From the NCBI RefSeq assembly GCF_048593235.1, contig NC_133620.1, positions 291,911,765-291,975,764 on the forward strand: 64,000 nucleotides of DNA, in the 5' to 3' direction. The position numbers and the translations under genes were made by a program. The notes under the pieces are model-generated. The model did not search any database and was not told the origin of the DNA. It saw only the letters and a program-made list of their open reading frames with translations. This stretch comes from Sminthopsis crassicaudata. Lineage: Eukaryota. Below are positions 14,941 through 28,007 of this stretch, in pieces (positions within the stretch are counted from its first letter, which is position 1; each line of letters opens with the position of its first letter).

Positions 14941-15480
14941 ATGAGACACCAAAACACAGTCCATTTAAGTCTTGTTCATAACTAGAAAGTGTTTCCCCTT
15001 AAACAGAATGAGGAGATTGGAAGATAATGGATATTAAAAACCCAATAAATTAAGTGGATACTCTGTCATTTAAAGAAATGGGTTATGGTGATTAGTTAGA
15101 ATAGCAGCTTTCTTAATAAAGTTACTTTTAAATAAATGCATTACTTCAGTAAAAAGCAGGATTCTGAAATGAATAGATTTAATTAGTAATGTTCATTAAT
15201 ATTTAAATCACTTGTTTTAGTTATTAATATTTAATCACTAGAGTTGATAAATTAGTGCTATTCCTCAATCACATACATTAAAATAGGTATTGTTCATTAA
15301 TTTTAAAAATTAATAGATTTGCTTACTATAAATTATTGGGCCTTTCCTGAAGATATTAACCAGAATCAATTAATTAGGCTTGTTCCCAAGAAGACTGAAA
15401 GAATTGATTAGCTTGAATTTTGCTAAAAAATAACTACCCAGATAAGTTAACTGAAGGGGGAGGAGAATTGTTTGCTATAC

Positions 15481-16542
15481 TGAAGCTGTGTTCCCTTTAA
15501 GATTATCACTCTGAAACTTTACTCCCTTTTGATCTGTGATCGCTTTTGGAGTCTCAGTCCCTGCTGGGGAAGGCATATTCCCCCCCAATTAAGTTATTTT
15601 TTGGGGATGCCAGAGCCTTTTATTCAATTAGAAATCCTGGTCAACAACAGGATGATTTCAGAAAGGCCTGGAGAGATTTACATGAACAGATGCTGAGTGA
15701 AATGAGCAGGACAAGGAGATCATTATATTTCATAGTGTATGATAATCAATTCTTATGGACGAGGCCCTCTCCAACAATGAAATGAACCAAATCAGTTCCA
15801 ATAGAGCAGTAATGAACTGAACCAGCTACACCCAGTGAAAGAACTCCGGGAGATGACTATGAACCACTACATAGAATTCCCAATCCCTCTAATTTTGTCC
15901 ACTTGCATTTTGGATTTCCTTCACAGGCTAAATGTACACTATTTCAAAGTCTGATTCTTTTTGTTCAGCAAAACAACTGTTTTGTATTTAATTTATACTC
16001 TAACATATTAAACATATATTGGTCGACCTGCCATGGGGGGGAGGAGAAAGAGGGGGAAATTTGGAAAAAAAGTTTTGGCAATTGTCAACGTTGTAAAATT
16101 ACCCATGCAAATATGTGGTAAATAAAAACTATTATTATTATTATTAAAAAAAAAAAAAATCTGGTCAAAAAGCACCCCTTGGAAGTTTTGTTAATTCCAA
16201 TAGGAGATCTGGGCCGGATACTACTAAGCATCTAGGCTGGGAACTTGGCTTCTTGAAGCCTCAAGACTCCTTTTAAAGAGCATTTTCTAAATTTACTCTT
16301 TGCAAAGCAGTTTGCTAGTATCATGCCAGCTGAGAAGGCATTCTCTTCTCAGTGCCAGACTCCATTTCCCTAACAGAATTTTGTCACTATAGAAGTCAGT
16401 CTCTTAGCAAACTGGTTTCTATCTAACAATAAACTTTCATTTTTGCCATTAATAATTTGGGATGAGTGAATTCTTTCACTTTGAACCTGCCTGCCCATCA
16501 AAAGGGGATTTTAACAACTCCTTTATTACTACTAACCTCATC
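15481..16542 (+). mobile_element. Solo LTR interrupted by a 5'-truncated L1 (~15645..16156)
   Basis: The LTR halves match 4292-4923. The L1 is flanked by a near-TSD AAATC(C)TGGTCAA. Confidence 0.75.
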
Positions 16543-17972
16543 ACCCCTGGGAATTGAGGGGATATAAACCTCATCATAACCAACAAAGAATAATGTGTTA
16601 AAGAGAAAGAATTTTCTTATTCAAATAAACAGTATTAAGAAACTGTGGAAAAGAAAGGTGGGGCTCATCCAGGTGTAAATCATTAGCACTTAGCTGATAG
16701 AATAGTAATCTTGTTCCCCTGATCTTTGGGGGAGGGGGTTGAACCTGGATTGGAAAAACCTAAATCCCAGCCCCTCCCAACCTCTGGGAACAACCCCACC
16801 CTCCTATTCCTAAGGGAAACTCCCATAATAATTTCCACCTACTATTCAATTGAAGATCTTGGCCTAGGGCACAATTACTACCCATTATTGATTAGTCCTT
16901 CAAATTCATTTGAAGATTTCTCCTTAGCTCTGGGCCATAGAAACCTAATATAATCAAAGGCTGTACCCCAACCCTTTGCTAATTTCTTTCAGGATTTGGC
17001 CCACTGGGTAATAAACCCACCCTCCCTTCCCTCTTTCCTTCCTCCCTTCCTTTCTTCCTTCTTTCCCTCCCTCCCTTCCTCCCTCCCCAGAAATCTTGCC
17101 TGCAGATGGGGACTGAGAATTCTTTCACAAAAACCTGAGACACCAACCTGGGAACTCCATTGCTATTAGGTTATCTCTCACCCCTCATTTCTCACCTCAA
17201 CACAGCTAGTCATTATTGAGGAGAAAATACCTCAATAAGATTAGGTCCTCCTGGTGGATTTGGTGAAAGAATCCCCACACTGAGTCTCCAAGTTAAAAGG
17301 CAAAGATTAATTATACTGATTGACAGTGGGCTAATTCCAGGAAAATCTAGCAAAGAGGCAGAATCAAGGAGATAATTTTGTAGGAAAGAGAAACTAAAAT
17401 TAAGTTGATAAGCTAATATTATGATTTAGAAATATAATTTTAGGGGCAGGTAGGTGGCGCAGTGGATAAAGCACCAGCCCTGAAGTTAGGAGGACCTGAG
17501 TTCAAATTTGACCTCAAGACATAGACCTACAATCCAAGCACCATAATGTTTAAATGCCTCAGCCACAGCTTGAGAAGTGAAGACTGGGCCAATGTCACTT
17601 TGTAAAGAGCTGGGCAGGCCAAAGCAAGGCATGATCTCCTTTAGCAAAAAAACTCTGAGCCTTTTCAGTCTTGCTAAAGGCTTTTACTCAATTAATAAAG
17701 ATATCAACAAAAATCAAAAGTAGTTTGAAGCCTCTGCAAGGGGGTATATGTGTAAAATCTATCTGCCAGCCCTCTCCTGGGTATGTATCCTTTCTCTAGA
17801 TAGGCTTCAACCCATTCAAAAAAACAAAACAAAACAAGGGATTGGAGGGCCTTTCCCCAATTCTAAAGCTCTGTTGAGAGCAATAAGTTTGGCTCTCTGC
17901 CCAGAGATTGGGGTGGGAGGTGGGGAGGGGGAGTGGTTTAGCCTCAGAGGTGCTTTTGAGAATCAGGGAGTA

Positions 17973-18128
17973 GGGGCAGCTAGGTGGCGCAGTGGATAAA
18001 GCACCAGCCTTGAATTCAGGAGGAACCCAGTTCAAATCTGATCTCAGACACTTAACACGTCCTAGCTGTGTGACCCTGGGCAAGTCACTTAACCCCAGCC
18101 TCAGGAAAAAAAAAAAAAAAAGAGAGAG
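17973..18128 (+). mobile_element. CORE-SINE (WSINE1-like)
   Basis: Full A/B boxes, CORE and polyA, with a near-TSD GAGAATCAGGGAGTA / GAGAATTTAGGAGTA. Confidence 0.9.
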
Positions 18129-18449
18129 AGAGAATTTAGGAGTAACCTGTCTTCCTTTCCCCATTTTCAAGAAAACTGGACCCATCTGTAAACCATTTAC
18201 CATCTGTGTTGTGAGAAGGAATGTCTCTCAAGACAGAATCTAAAGCTTGCTCACAGTTGTGAATGATGTGAATGATGTCACCTGAATGAGTATTCATTCA
18301 GGGAACAGGGTGGCTGGGTTAAGAGTGTGGCACATTCTCATATTGAGAGTATCTCACAGGAGAACCTGATACCTAGTAAGCTTCCCATTAGCAAGCCAAA
18401 GTACTTGTTTCCAAAATGTTCTGAATGGGGAGATGTTCTAGTGGGGAAT

Positions 18450-19980
18450 TAAAACCTTCAGTGGATGGCTTAGAGTGAGCTTGGAGGCTTCCTCACTTAG
18501 AAGGGTTGTGACAGCCACTGCTTTAAGGCAAAAGGATCACCCCCAAAACACCAGGTTTATTTGAGAAGTCTACCAAATCCAGCCATGCCCAGGAAAGTAG
18601 GAGGTTGTTTCTTTGAGGCAGGTTTGAGGCAGAGAAGATTGTCTGCTTCTTTTCTGTTGTGAGGGAAAGGGAAGTTAATTCATGGTCCACATATTTAACA
18701 GACTGACTGGCTATGTTGACCTTAGACAAAGGCCCTGGGAGGCCAAGAAGTTAAGGGTTTTTATGGCTGCAGCCAGAGAAGCCTCTAGAGTTGGGCTGCA
18801 GATCAAGATATCATCTACCCACTTGTATTGTGCTTATGATTTCTTTTTTTTTTTTTTTTTTTTTTACTTTCAATTTTATTAATCTCTTCTTTTATTTATT
18901 ATTTTTTACATGTTAAAATTAATTTTATAATTATAACTTTTTTTGACAGTACATATGCATGGGTAATTTTTTACAACATTATCCCTTGCACTCACTTCTG
19001 TTCCGAATTTTCCCCTCCTTCCCTCCACCCCCTCCCCTAGATGGCAGACAGTCCCATACATGTATATCCTAGATACAATATATGTGTGCAGAACTGAATT
19101 TCTTGTTGCACAGGAAGAATTGGATTCAGAAAGTAAAAATAGCCTGGGAAGAAAAACAAAAATGAAAACAGTTTACACTCATTTCCCAGTGTTCCTTCTC
19201 TGGATGTGACTGATTCTGTCCATCATTGATCAATTGGAACTGAATTAGATCTTCTCTTTGTCGAGGATATCCACTTCCATCACAATACATCCTCATACAG
19301 TATTGTTGTTGAAGTGTATAATGATCTCCAGGTTCTGCTCATTTCACTCAGCATCAGTTCATGTAAGTCCCTCCAATCCTCTTTGTATTCATCCTGCTGG
19401 TCATTTCTTACAGAACAATAATATTCCATAGCATTCATAGACCGTAATTTACCCAACCATTCTCCAATTGATGGACATCCATTCATTTTCCAGTTTCTAG
19501 CCACTACAAAAAGGGCTGCCACAAACATTTTGTGTGCTCATGATTTCTACTGACCACTTGCCCTGATTATAGAGATTTGCAATAAGAAGAAAAAGGAGTA
19601 TGATTATAATAGCAGCAAAAGAAGTCCTTCAGGCTTAAGTCTGAGGGCACACCCATGATAGAAGAAAGTATCTTTGGCTCTGTCTGACAACCAATTATGC
19701 AGTAACAATTCCATCTCATATCCAGACCCATGAATAATCAGATGGGAAACAAAGAAACAGAACTCAGAAACTGAGTCAGAAGAATCTGGCTTTAAGCAGA
19801 AGCTAAGGTTGTCCTCCCAACTCTTGCCCAGATAAGATGTTCATCTGTGACAGGAAGGCATCCCTCTGAGTAACTTAATGGCATTTCTCTCAAATGGTGG
19901 ATTACTAACTTTATGATCCATCAGGCAATCATACCCAAATTCAAAACTTAAAAGAATATTAATTACAGTTCCAAGAGATT
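18450..19980 (+). mobile_element. Old RTE-like LINE fragment, split by a younger L1
   Basis: ORF 18682.. contains REASRVGLQI, which resembles an RT motif of RTE-clade LINEs. The match is weak. Confidence 0.35.
18845..19532 (-). mobile_element. Young 5'-truncated L1
   Basis: The ORF2 C-terminus ([14 protein letters not shown]...) is intact, with a polyT head and a TSD TGTGCT(T/C)ATGATTTCT at 18829-44 and 19533-48. Confidence 0.92.
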
Positions 19981-19982
19981 CA

Positions 19983-20819
19983 GGTGTGTTTTGATTTATG
20001 CAATAGGTAGGTTCTTGGAAAGTTGAAGTGGGTGAGATTTTCAGTAGATTTCATTAATCTCCCTCAAAACCCTTTATCTCATTACTAGTGAATTTTCAGT
20101 GGCCAGAGACTCTTAACTACATTATTTTTGTTAATTCTTCCCCAGTCTCCTTTATTAAGTGGTTTGTGAACCGGGGTGTGTAGTTGATTCTATTATCCTG
20201 ACCCTTTGCTTCTCAATTTCTTTGCCTTTAAGTTACTTTACTTGCTCTTTGTGCCTCATTATTATATTTAGGTCTTTTTTCTTCCTGATTACTAGTTGGG
20301 ATACTCTAGGAAGTGATAGTATGGATAAAAGCTTAGGGTGTGTGGTGTGGGAAGGTTTTAAGCTCTCTATCCCTAATGGTATATGTGGATTCGGAAGGTA
20401 TATGATGTCTTCATTCTTTAGGATAGCAGAAAATTGAGGCCTGGCTATCTGGACCACTGGATGGATGGATGGCCTAAGAGGTTCCCATTATACTTTTCTC
20501 ACTTAACTGTATTGGAGTAGAAAGCATGCTGTCTGCTTAGGTACAGATGAGTTTGCTTGATTTTACTTCTTCCCAGTCAGAACTGGGCTGTCTTGGTTGG
20601 GGTAAATTGTGTCCAATAACTTTGCAACAAATCAAAAGCTCTGCCTTTCAATGTTCTCAGTTCCCTCAGTACATTCATCCTAATCCCAGAGGAAAGCAAG
20701 ACTTTTCAGAATTATGAGCAGAAGGGTATGGAAGGAACACTAGCTAAAGCCAGAAGATTTGAGTTCTAGCCCTGATTCTGCCACTGCCTAACTGAAATAG
20801 GAAGGGAGTCAATCTTTGA
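19983..20819 (+). repeat. Duplicated copy of DDX39B intron 4 (donor ~61264..62100)
   Basis: Line-by-line comparison shows about 7 substitutions and 1 indel over ~840 bp. The two copies give identical ORFs in the ORF track (20233..20457 and 61515..61739). Confidence 0.95.
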
Positions 20820-21272
20820 CTTAATTTTAGTTTAGGAGATTACTTAAATTCTAATTAAATGTTCCAGACAAACTGAATTATCATTTAATTATTTTCCAAT
20901 TCACACAAATCATTTTGTGAGCCAGGTTAAATAACAGTTTTTACTGACAGGGCCCTTCAGAGTCTGACTCTAGCTAGATAACTCAAAAGTAGGTTGTTTG
21001 TTGCCAGAGTTTTAAAAGTAGCTTTCTATTTTCCTAAAGTTCTCAAATTCTTAAATCTTCTATTAATACTGTCAGATAGATTACAATTTATATATCCTGT
21101 TAGTGGGCTTTAATTAAAGGTCCTTTAAAATTGCTTTTACTATCATATAACAAATAACAAATTTCACTGAACTGAGTATATTTTCTTTCTCTCCCTCTTA
21201 CTCCTAAGTCTTACTGCAGTTAGGGAAGGAAGGAAAGGGGAAGAAAGGAAAAGATACTCTCTTTCCTCTACG

Positions 21273-21434
21273 TTCTCCAAATACATGCCTAATGTCAAGG
21301 TAATTGATGGGGAGAAGACTAGATTAAGAGTAGAAAATAAGGGTGGAGGAAGAGAGCAATAATTAAGAAGGTATATTTGGGAATATAATAGAAAATCAGG
21401 CCATCTAATCCTAAAATGAATTTAGCCATTTCCA
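21273..21434 (+). repeat. Duplicated copy of the DDX39B exon 4 3' end plus intron 4 start (donor 61084..61245)
   Basis: TTCTCCAAATACATGCCTAATGTCAAG|GTAATTG... over 162 bp, with 2 substitutions. Confidence 0.95.
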
Positions 21435-22199
21435 ACCTCAAATGAGAGAAAGTATCAACCTTCATTAGAAACATCACAATAGAAATAGTCTACCTTTCCA
21501 AGAGCTAGCTCATACTAGAATTACCTCACTTCCTCTTTCTTCTTTTTAGTGCTCTCTCTCTCTTCTCTGTCTCTTTGTCTCTGTCTCCCTCTCCTTTCTT
21601 TTTTCCCATCATCCCTCTCTATTCTTCCTACTCCAAATCCTTATTTTGTCTTCCAGCAAATTCAGGAGGTCATGGTTGGTTTGTAGAAGAGAAGGTTCTC
21701 ATACTAAAGGGAAAGACATCTGGAACAAAGGGTGTGGGAGTTGGTGAATATAGGAGATTGCTTCATCATATTTCTTGAAACAGGAAAAGTTCCTTCAGCT
21801 ATAATTCAGAAGGAGGTTGTCTTTATATAGAAGCCAATTGACTAGCCTAGTGTTTGATAAGCCCAAAGTCCAAACTGCTGGAAAACACTGGAAAGAAATT
21901 TGTCATAAACTAGACATAAACCAACACTGCATAGCAAGATAAGTTCCAGTTGGATATGTGACTTAGACATAAAGGGTGACATAAACAAGTTAGAAAAGTA
22001 AGGAAGAAATTACCTTTCTAATCTATGAATAGGAAAAGAGTTCATGACCAAAGGATAAAGAGAATCACAAAATAGAAATAATTTTGATTACAAAATATAA
22101 TTTTTTTTAACAAATAAATCCATTGCTACTAAAATTAGAAAAGAAACATCTTTGAATATTTCTGAATAAGGTCTCGTTTTCAAAACATATAAAGAATTG

Positions 22200-23107
22200 T
22201 TCCAAATCACTATTGATCAGAGAAATGCAAATTAAGACAACTCTGAGGTATCATTACACACCTGTCAGATTGGCTAAGATGACAGGAACAAATAACGATG
22301 AATGTTGGAGGGGCTGTGGGAAAACTGGGACACTGATGCATTGTTGGTGGAGTTGTGAAAGAATCCAACCATTCTGGAGAGCAATCTGGAATTATGCCCA
22401 AAAAGTTATCAAAATGTGCATACCCTTTGACTCAGCCATACTACTACTGGGCTTATACCCCAAGGAACTACTAAAGAAGGGAAAGGGACCTATATGTGCC
22501 AAAATGTTTGTGGCAGCCCTTTTTGTAGTGGCTAGAAACTGGAAGATGAATGGATGTCCATCAATTGGAGAATGGTTGGGTAAATTATGGTATATGAATG
22601 TTATGGAATATTATTGTTCTATAAGAAATGACCAACAGGAGAAATACAGAGAGGCTTGGAGAGACTTACATCAACTGATGCTGAGTGAAACGAGCAGAAC
22701 CAGAAGATCATTATACACTTCAACAATGATACTGTACGAGGATGTATGCTGATGGAAGTGGATTTCTTCAATATAGAGAAGAGCTAATCCAATTCCAATT
22801 GATTAATGATGGACAGAACCAGCTACATCCAGAAAAGGAACACTGGGAAATGAATGTAAACTGTTATTTTTACCTTCTGAATCCAATTCTTCCTGTGCAA
22901 CAAAAAATTCGGTTCTACACACATATATTGTATCTAGAATATACTGTAATATATTTAACGTATATAAGACTGCTTGCCATCTGGGGGAGGGGGTTGGGGA
23001 GGAAGGGAAAAAATCTGAATAGAAGGGATAATGTTGTAAAAAATTACCCATGCATATGTACTGTCAAAAAAATGTTATAATTATAAAATAAAATAAAAAT
23101 AAAAAAA
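22200..23107 (+). mobile_element. Young 5'-truncated L1 nested in an older L1
   Basis: 179-aa open ORF2 C-terminus ([17 protein letters not shown]), polyA tail, and a perfect 17-bp TSD AAACATATAAAGAATTG at 22183-99 and 23108-24. Confidence 0.95.
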
Positions 23108-23279
23108 AAACATATAAAGAATTGGTTGAATTATAAGACATTCTCTAATTGATAAATTACTAATTGATAAAATTCTAATTGAAAAATTACTATTAAGTGC
23201 AAGGAAAACTTTTTTTAAAGAAAATTGCCTATAGGCAACTTTCTTTAAAAAAAGTTTTCCTTGCACTTAATAGTAATAT

Positions 23280-24640
23280 ATTATAATGTTTTACTTAATA
23301 TTTTATTTTTTCAACATTCACTTTTTTTTGTTGTGAGGCCCAAGGCCACAGTTAGTTAAGTGTGTGAGGTGGGATTTGAACTCAAGTCCCCCTGACCCAA
23401 GGGCCAGTACTCTTTCATTCAACAGTCCTTCAACATTTACTTTTATAAGCTCTTGAGTTCCAAATTTTTTCTCCCTCCTTACCCTACACCCCTCCCATGA
23501 CAAACAATCTGATATAGTTTATATATGTATAATCAATCATATTTAACATATTTCCATATTAGTTATGTTATGAAAGAGGATTCAGAACAAAAGGGAAAAA
23601 CTATAGAAAGAAAAAGCAAAAAGGGGAAAGGAATCACATGTACAAAAATGTTTGTAGCACCCATTTTTGTAGTGTCAAGAAACTGGAAACTGAATGAATG
23701 CCCATCAATTGGAGAATGGCTGAATAAGTTACAATATATGAATGTAATGGAATATTATTGTTCTATAAGAAACAATTAGTAGGTTGATTTTTAGAAAGGC
23801 CTAGAAAAACTTACTAAGTGAAATTAGTAGAACCAAGAGAACATTGTACACAGCAACAAGAAGATTATGCAATGATCAAATATGATGCACTTGGCTCTTT
23901 TCAACAATGAAATTATTTAGGGCAGTTCCAATAAACTTATGATGGAGAGAATCATCTGCATCCAAAGAGAGGGACTATTGGAACTAAATGAGGATCACAC
24001 TATAGTATTTTCACTTTTTTGTTGTTATTTGCTTGCTTGTTTTTTTCTTTCTCATTTTCCCCTTTTTGATCTGATTTTTCTTGTGCAGCATTAAATATAT
24101 TTAGAAAAATTGCACATGTTTAACTTATTGGATTATATTGGGAATATATTGAATTTCTTGGGATGGAGGTGGTAAAGAGGGAGGGAGAAAAATTTGGAAC
24201 AAAAGGTTTTGCAAGGGTGAATGTTGAAAACTATCTTTGCATGTATTTTGAAAAATAAAAAATGATTATTATTTTAAAAAATATATAATTTAAAGCAATT
24301 CTAAGATTCCACCTCACATTCATGGACTTGGCAAAGTTGATTTAAAAAGAAGGAAAATGATAAATATTGGAGGGGCTAGGGGAAAACAGGCACATTAATT
24401 TGGTGAATTGATATAGCTATTTAAAAAATCTATTTAGAACTATTTGCAAAAAAGTCATTAAATTGAGTAGACCTTTTGATTCAGCAATATCACTACTAAG
24501 CCTATACTCCAAAGAGATCAGATAAAGAGCAAAAGGAGTCATATGTACAAAAATATTTATAAAGGCTCTTTTTATAGTAAAGACCTGAAAACTAAGGGGT
24601 GCCCATCAATTATGAAATGATTGAACAAATTATAAAATTA
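23280..24640. mobile_element. Cluster of L1 and SINE fragments in both orientations
   Basis: L1 ORF2 end (KMFVAPIFVVSRNWKL), L1 3'UTRs and a MAR1-like SINE piece. Confidence 0.75.
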
Positions 24641-25520
24641 TAAAAAGAACACTTTTGTGGAAATTTATTTTGTTTGATTATGCATTTTTTAAGGGAAATT
24701 TTTTTGCCTTTTTTTTTTTTTTAATACAATTAGAAGAGTTAGAAAATGTGTTCGTTGGAAAAAAAAAACTTAATTAAAAAAGTGGGGGTTGCCCTACATG
24801 GCTGATAGGAAGAGCTGGTCCCCAGAGACAGACAGAACTGAGGGTAGAGAGGGGAGGGAGAGAGGAGGGTTGCCTGTAACTGGCCCCAAGACTTCTGCCC
24901 TTGCACTTCCTGTCCTCCAACCACTGGTTTCTGTTTTAGAGGAGAATGGGGCCTTGACTCCACCCCAGGGTCAGATATAACTAACCAAAATTTGGGAACT
25001 GGGAAAATGCTTACTATCCCACGGCGGAGGGCAAAGTGTAAGGAAAAAGGACAATGATTTTTAAAATATGGGGGAATTCAAAAAGAAATTCCTCAATTTC
25101 CTTTACCACCACTTCTCATTAGTTTCTTTTCTTTCAAGGGATAGAGAGGTACAGACTCACAGATACAAAATCTCCCTCCCTGGGCTGAGTCTTAGTACTC
25201 ATGAGAAGTTAGCCATTTGACCCTCTTTCCAGTTCCTACCTCCCTTAAAGATCAAGTTTTGCAACTAGTAAAGTCTCTGGCCTAGAAAATGTAGAGTCTA
25301 GAATGATCTTTGTTTCCTGGGGCAAAACAGATTATTGTTCCTCTAGATCTTTTCACCCAATCCTCCACTGTACAGCATCCTAAAGTACTTAGAGAGAGGA
25401 AGCTGAGCTGTGGGGTTTGAGGTTAGAACATATTCTTTTCTATAAATCAGAGTCCCCCAGAGGCCTCCTTCCCAGAATACTCATCCTTTACATTCAAATT
25501 TTGAGAACAAGACCTCCAAG

Positions 25521-26284
25521 TGATGAGGTGATCTAGTTTTCGGGGCTCTGGTCAGTCAGGGAACCAAAATATGATGATGAAGTCTAGTTTTTGGGGTTCC
25601 CTTTATTAGGGAACCAAATGATAAGGTCTAGATTTAGGGAGCCAAAATGAGATTAGGGTTTCTGGTGGTCAGGGAGTTAAATGATAAGGTCTAGTGGCAG
25701 GTTCCGGGTTCAGGGAACCAAATGGAGAGGTTTGACTCCCCTGCACCCCCTTTGGATTCAGCACAAGGGTAGGAGTTTTAGGGAACCCCCTTCTGGCATC
25801 ACAGGGATCCTCTGTAAATGAATTTATAGACCCAAAAACCTAGATTGATAAAAGAGGTTTATTACGGGGATTAGGAAGTAAGGTTAGAAATCCTGACAGA
25901 GAGGCATAAAGTCTCAGGGAAATAGGTGAGGGTAAAGAGAGGATAGCACTGGAAAAGAATATTCCAGTGGGTAGAGCTTCCTTGGCATGGCATGGCATGT
26001 TAGGACCCCTGCAAGGATTTGTTTCAAATTGATTCTTTTTATTTACAAGCTGGGTTTTGGCTATAGCTGGAATTTGAATAGAATTGAATGAGTTTCTTTA
26101 ATTCAATAGGTTTGGAATTCTTTTGCTCCAGACTGAACCAACCCACCTAGATAACAGGATGAAACTGTTTATCTTGTTTCCCTGGGGATAGGGTGGGGTG
26201 GGGTGGGGGGTGTCCTTCACTAAGGCAGAGTTGAAGGAGATTTTCTCCTTCAAGGAATTTTAGTTTTGGGATCCCTTCTTCACA
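25521..26284 (-). mobile_element. Solo LTR with internal short tandem units
   Basis: The minus strand runs TGTGAAG...CCTCATCA, the same 3' end as the 16542 LTR. AATAAA near 25858-63 and repeated GGGAACCAAA(A)TGATAAGGTCTAG units. Confidence 0.65.
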
Positions 26285-27865
26285 GGTATCCTTTTCTAAT
26301 TATTTCTGATTGCTGTCTTACATAGTATCCCTTTAACTCTCAGCATTAGGGCTCTGTGTCCTGTCAGAGAGGACTGCCCTGAGGAAACTTAGGGTGATGA
26401 AGAAAGTATATTTTGTGTTTGCTCTATCCTTTTCTTTCTTCCTGAGTGACCAACACAAGCCACTATTCAGAGGAGTATTTGACTAACCAAATGTCCAGGT
26501 CTCCATCCTTTCCCCTTCAGGAAATTCCTTCTCTTTTCCTACTAGTTAATGATAGTTAATGATAATGTAATTGTCCCCCAAAACTGACTCTTATGTGGCT
26601 GATGTAGCACCAAATATTATTTAGGTACCACATGATGTGCTTTAAGAAAAACACCAAAGGTTGGGGTCCGGTCGTGTGTAGAATTCACAATATGCATTCT
26701 CTTTGGCAAAAGGCAGATTTATTTAGGGAAGAGTTTACAGACAAAATGAAAGGATACAATAGACACCAGGAATGGTAAATATGAAATAATGTGGAACTCA
26801 CAACTACCTAGTATAAAGGGAGTATCCCATGAGGTTGGGGCATACCCTTAGCTGGCAGGCTAAAATCATGAAAGGATTTAGCATCCTAAAAGGGTTAGTT
26901 AGCTATAAGGAAGAGAAGTGGGTGGAGAAGCACAGTGGAATTAGGAGAAATACCACGTGGCATGGGGGAGGGGTAAAGGACAGACACCATGAGGCACAAT
27001 GTCATTGGCAGATTGACCCAAAGGAGGACATTAGGAAACCATGGCTCATAAGCTATTTTATAGGGAAAACTAAGTTTCAGAGATTTAATATAACTTGAAT
27101 TTCTAATTGGATTATCTCCAGAGGATGGGACCATGAAAATAAACTAATCTAGATTATCAGAACTTTTTTCCTATCTGCCCAGGGAAAAATTTTTGTCATT
27201 TCTTCAGTTTCTCTCTGCCAATCACACCCAGCACTTAGGACCTCATCAAATCTACTTCCCTTTTTCCTTATGTATAGAATCAGGCCACCAATTAACAAGT
27301 ATTAATTAAGCACCTACTATGAATCAGAAGTGTGTATTAAAGTTTAATAATAATCATGTGATACAGGTATTGCTTCTTATGTAACATCTTTCAGGGACTC
27401 CATATTACATTTGGATTGCTGCAGTAGCATTAACAACTGGCTCACATGCTGCTGCCTTCCTTAAGGAAGTTTAAGGAAACTATACAAATAAAGTTGTTGT
27501 TAAGCTGTTTTCTAGACTTGTCCATCTCTTCATGATTCCATTTGGGATTTTCTTAGTAAAGATAGTGGTTTGCCATTTCCTTCCTCATCTCATTTTACAG
27601 ATGAGGAGCTCAGCATTTAAGATTAAATGACTTGCCTAGGACCACACAGCTATTTAGTGTCTAAGGCCAGATTTGAACTGAGGAAAATGAGTCTTCCTGA
27701 CTCCAGGCCTAGCACTCTATTCAATGTGTCAATGTGGGATTCTAGTTGCCCAAATCAAGGAGTGTATGGAATATATTATTTGTTCAACAGGTAGTAATCT
27801 TTTCAATCTAAGTGGTCTCATCAGAGTTGCTCTGGTACCTCATATACCCTACTCCCTACTTTTAC

Positions 27866-28007
27866 NNNNNNNNNNNNNNNNNNNNNNNNNNNNNNNNNNN
27901 NNNNNNNNNNNNNNNNNNNNNNNNNNNNNNNNNNNNNNNNNNNNNNNNNNNNNNNNNNNNNNNNNNNNNNNNNNNNNNNNNNNNNNNNNNNNNNNNNNNN
28001 NNNNNNN
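27866..28007. other. Assembly gap
   Basis: Run of N. Confidence 1.

Noticed and set aside
20159-20457. Identical ORFs at 20.2 kb and 61.5 kb as a duplicated small gene
   Set aside because: These are chance ORFs in duplicated intronic DNA with no protein family features.
22213-22752. 179-aa ORF as a host gene
   Set aside because: It is the L1 ORF2 C-terminus. The same applies to the ORFs at 19280, 23525, 31148 and 46514.
25521-25760. Short repeated units as a CRISPR-like array
   Set aside because: Eukaryotic DNA; the units are irregular, lack unique equal-length spacers and lie within an LTR.
26290-26460. Possible LST1-like exon on the minus strand
   Set aside because: An acceptor-like site exists, but the frames close quickly and show no TM or ITIM motif.
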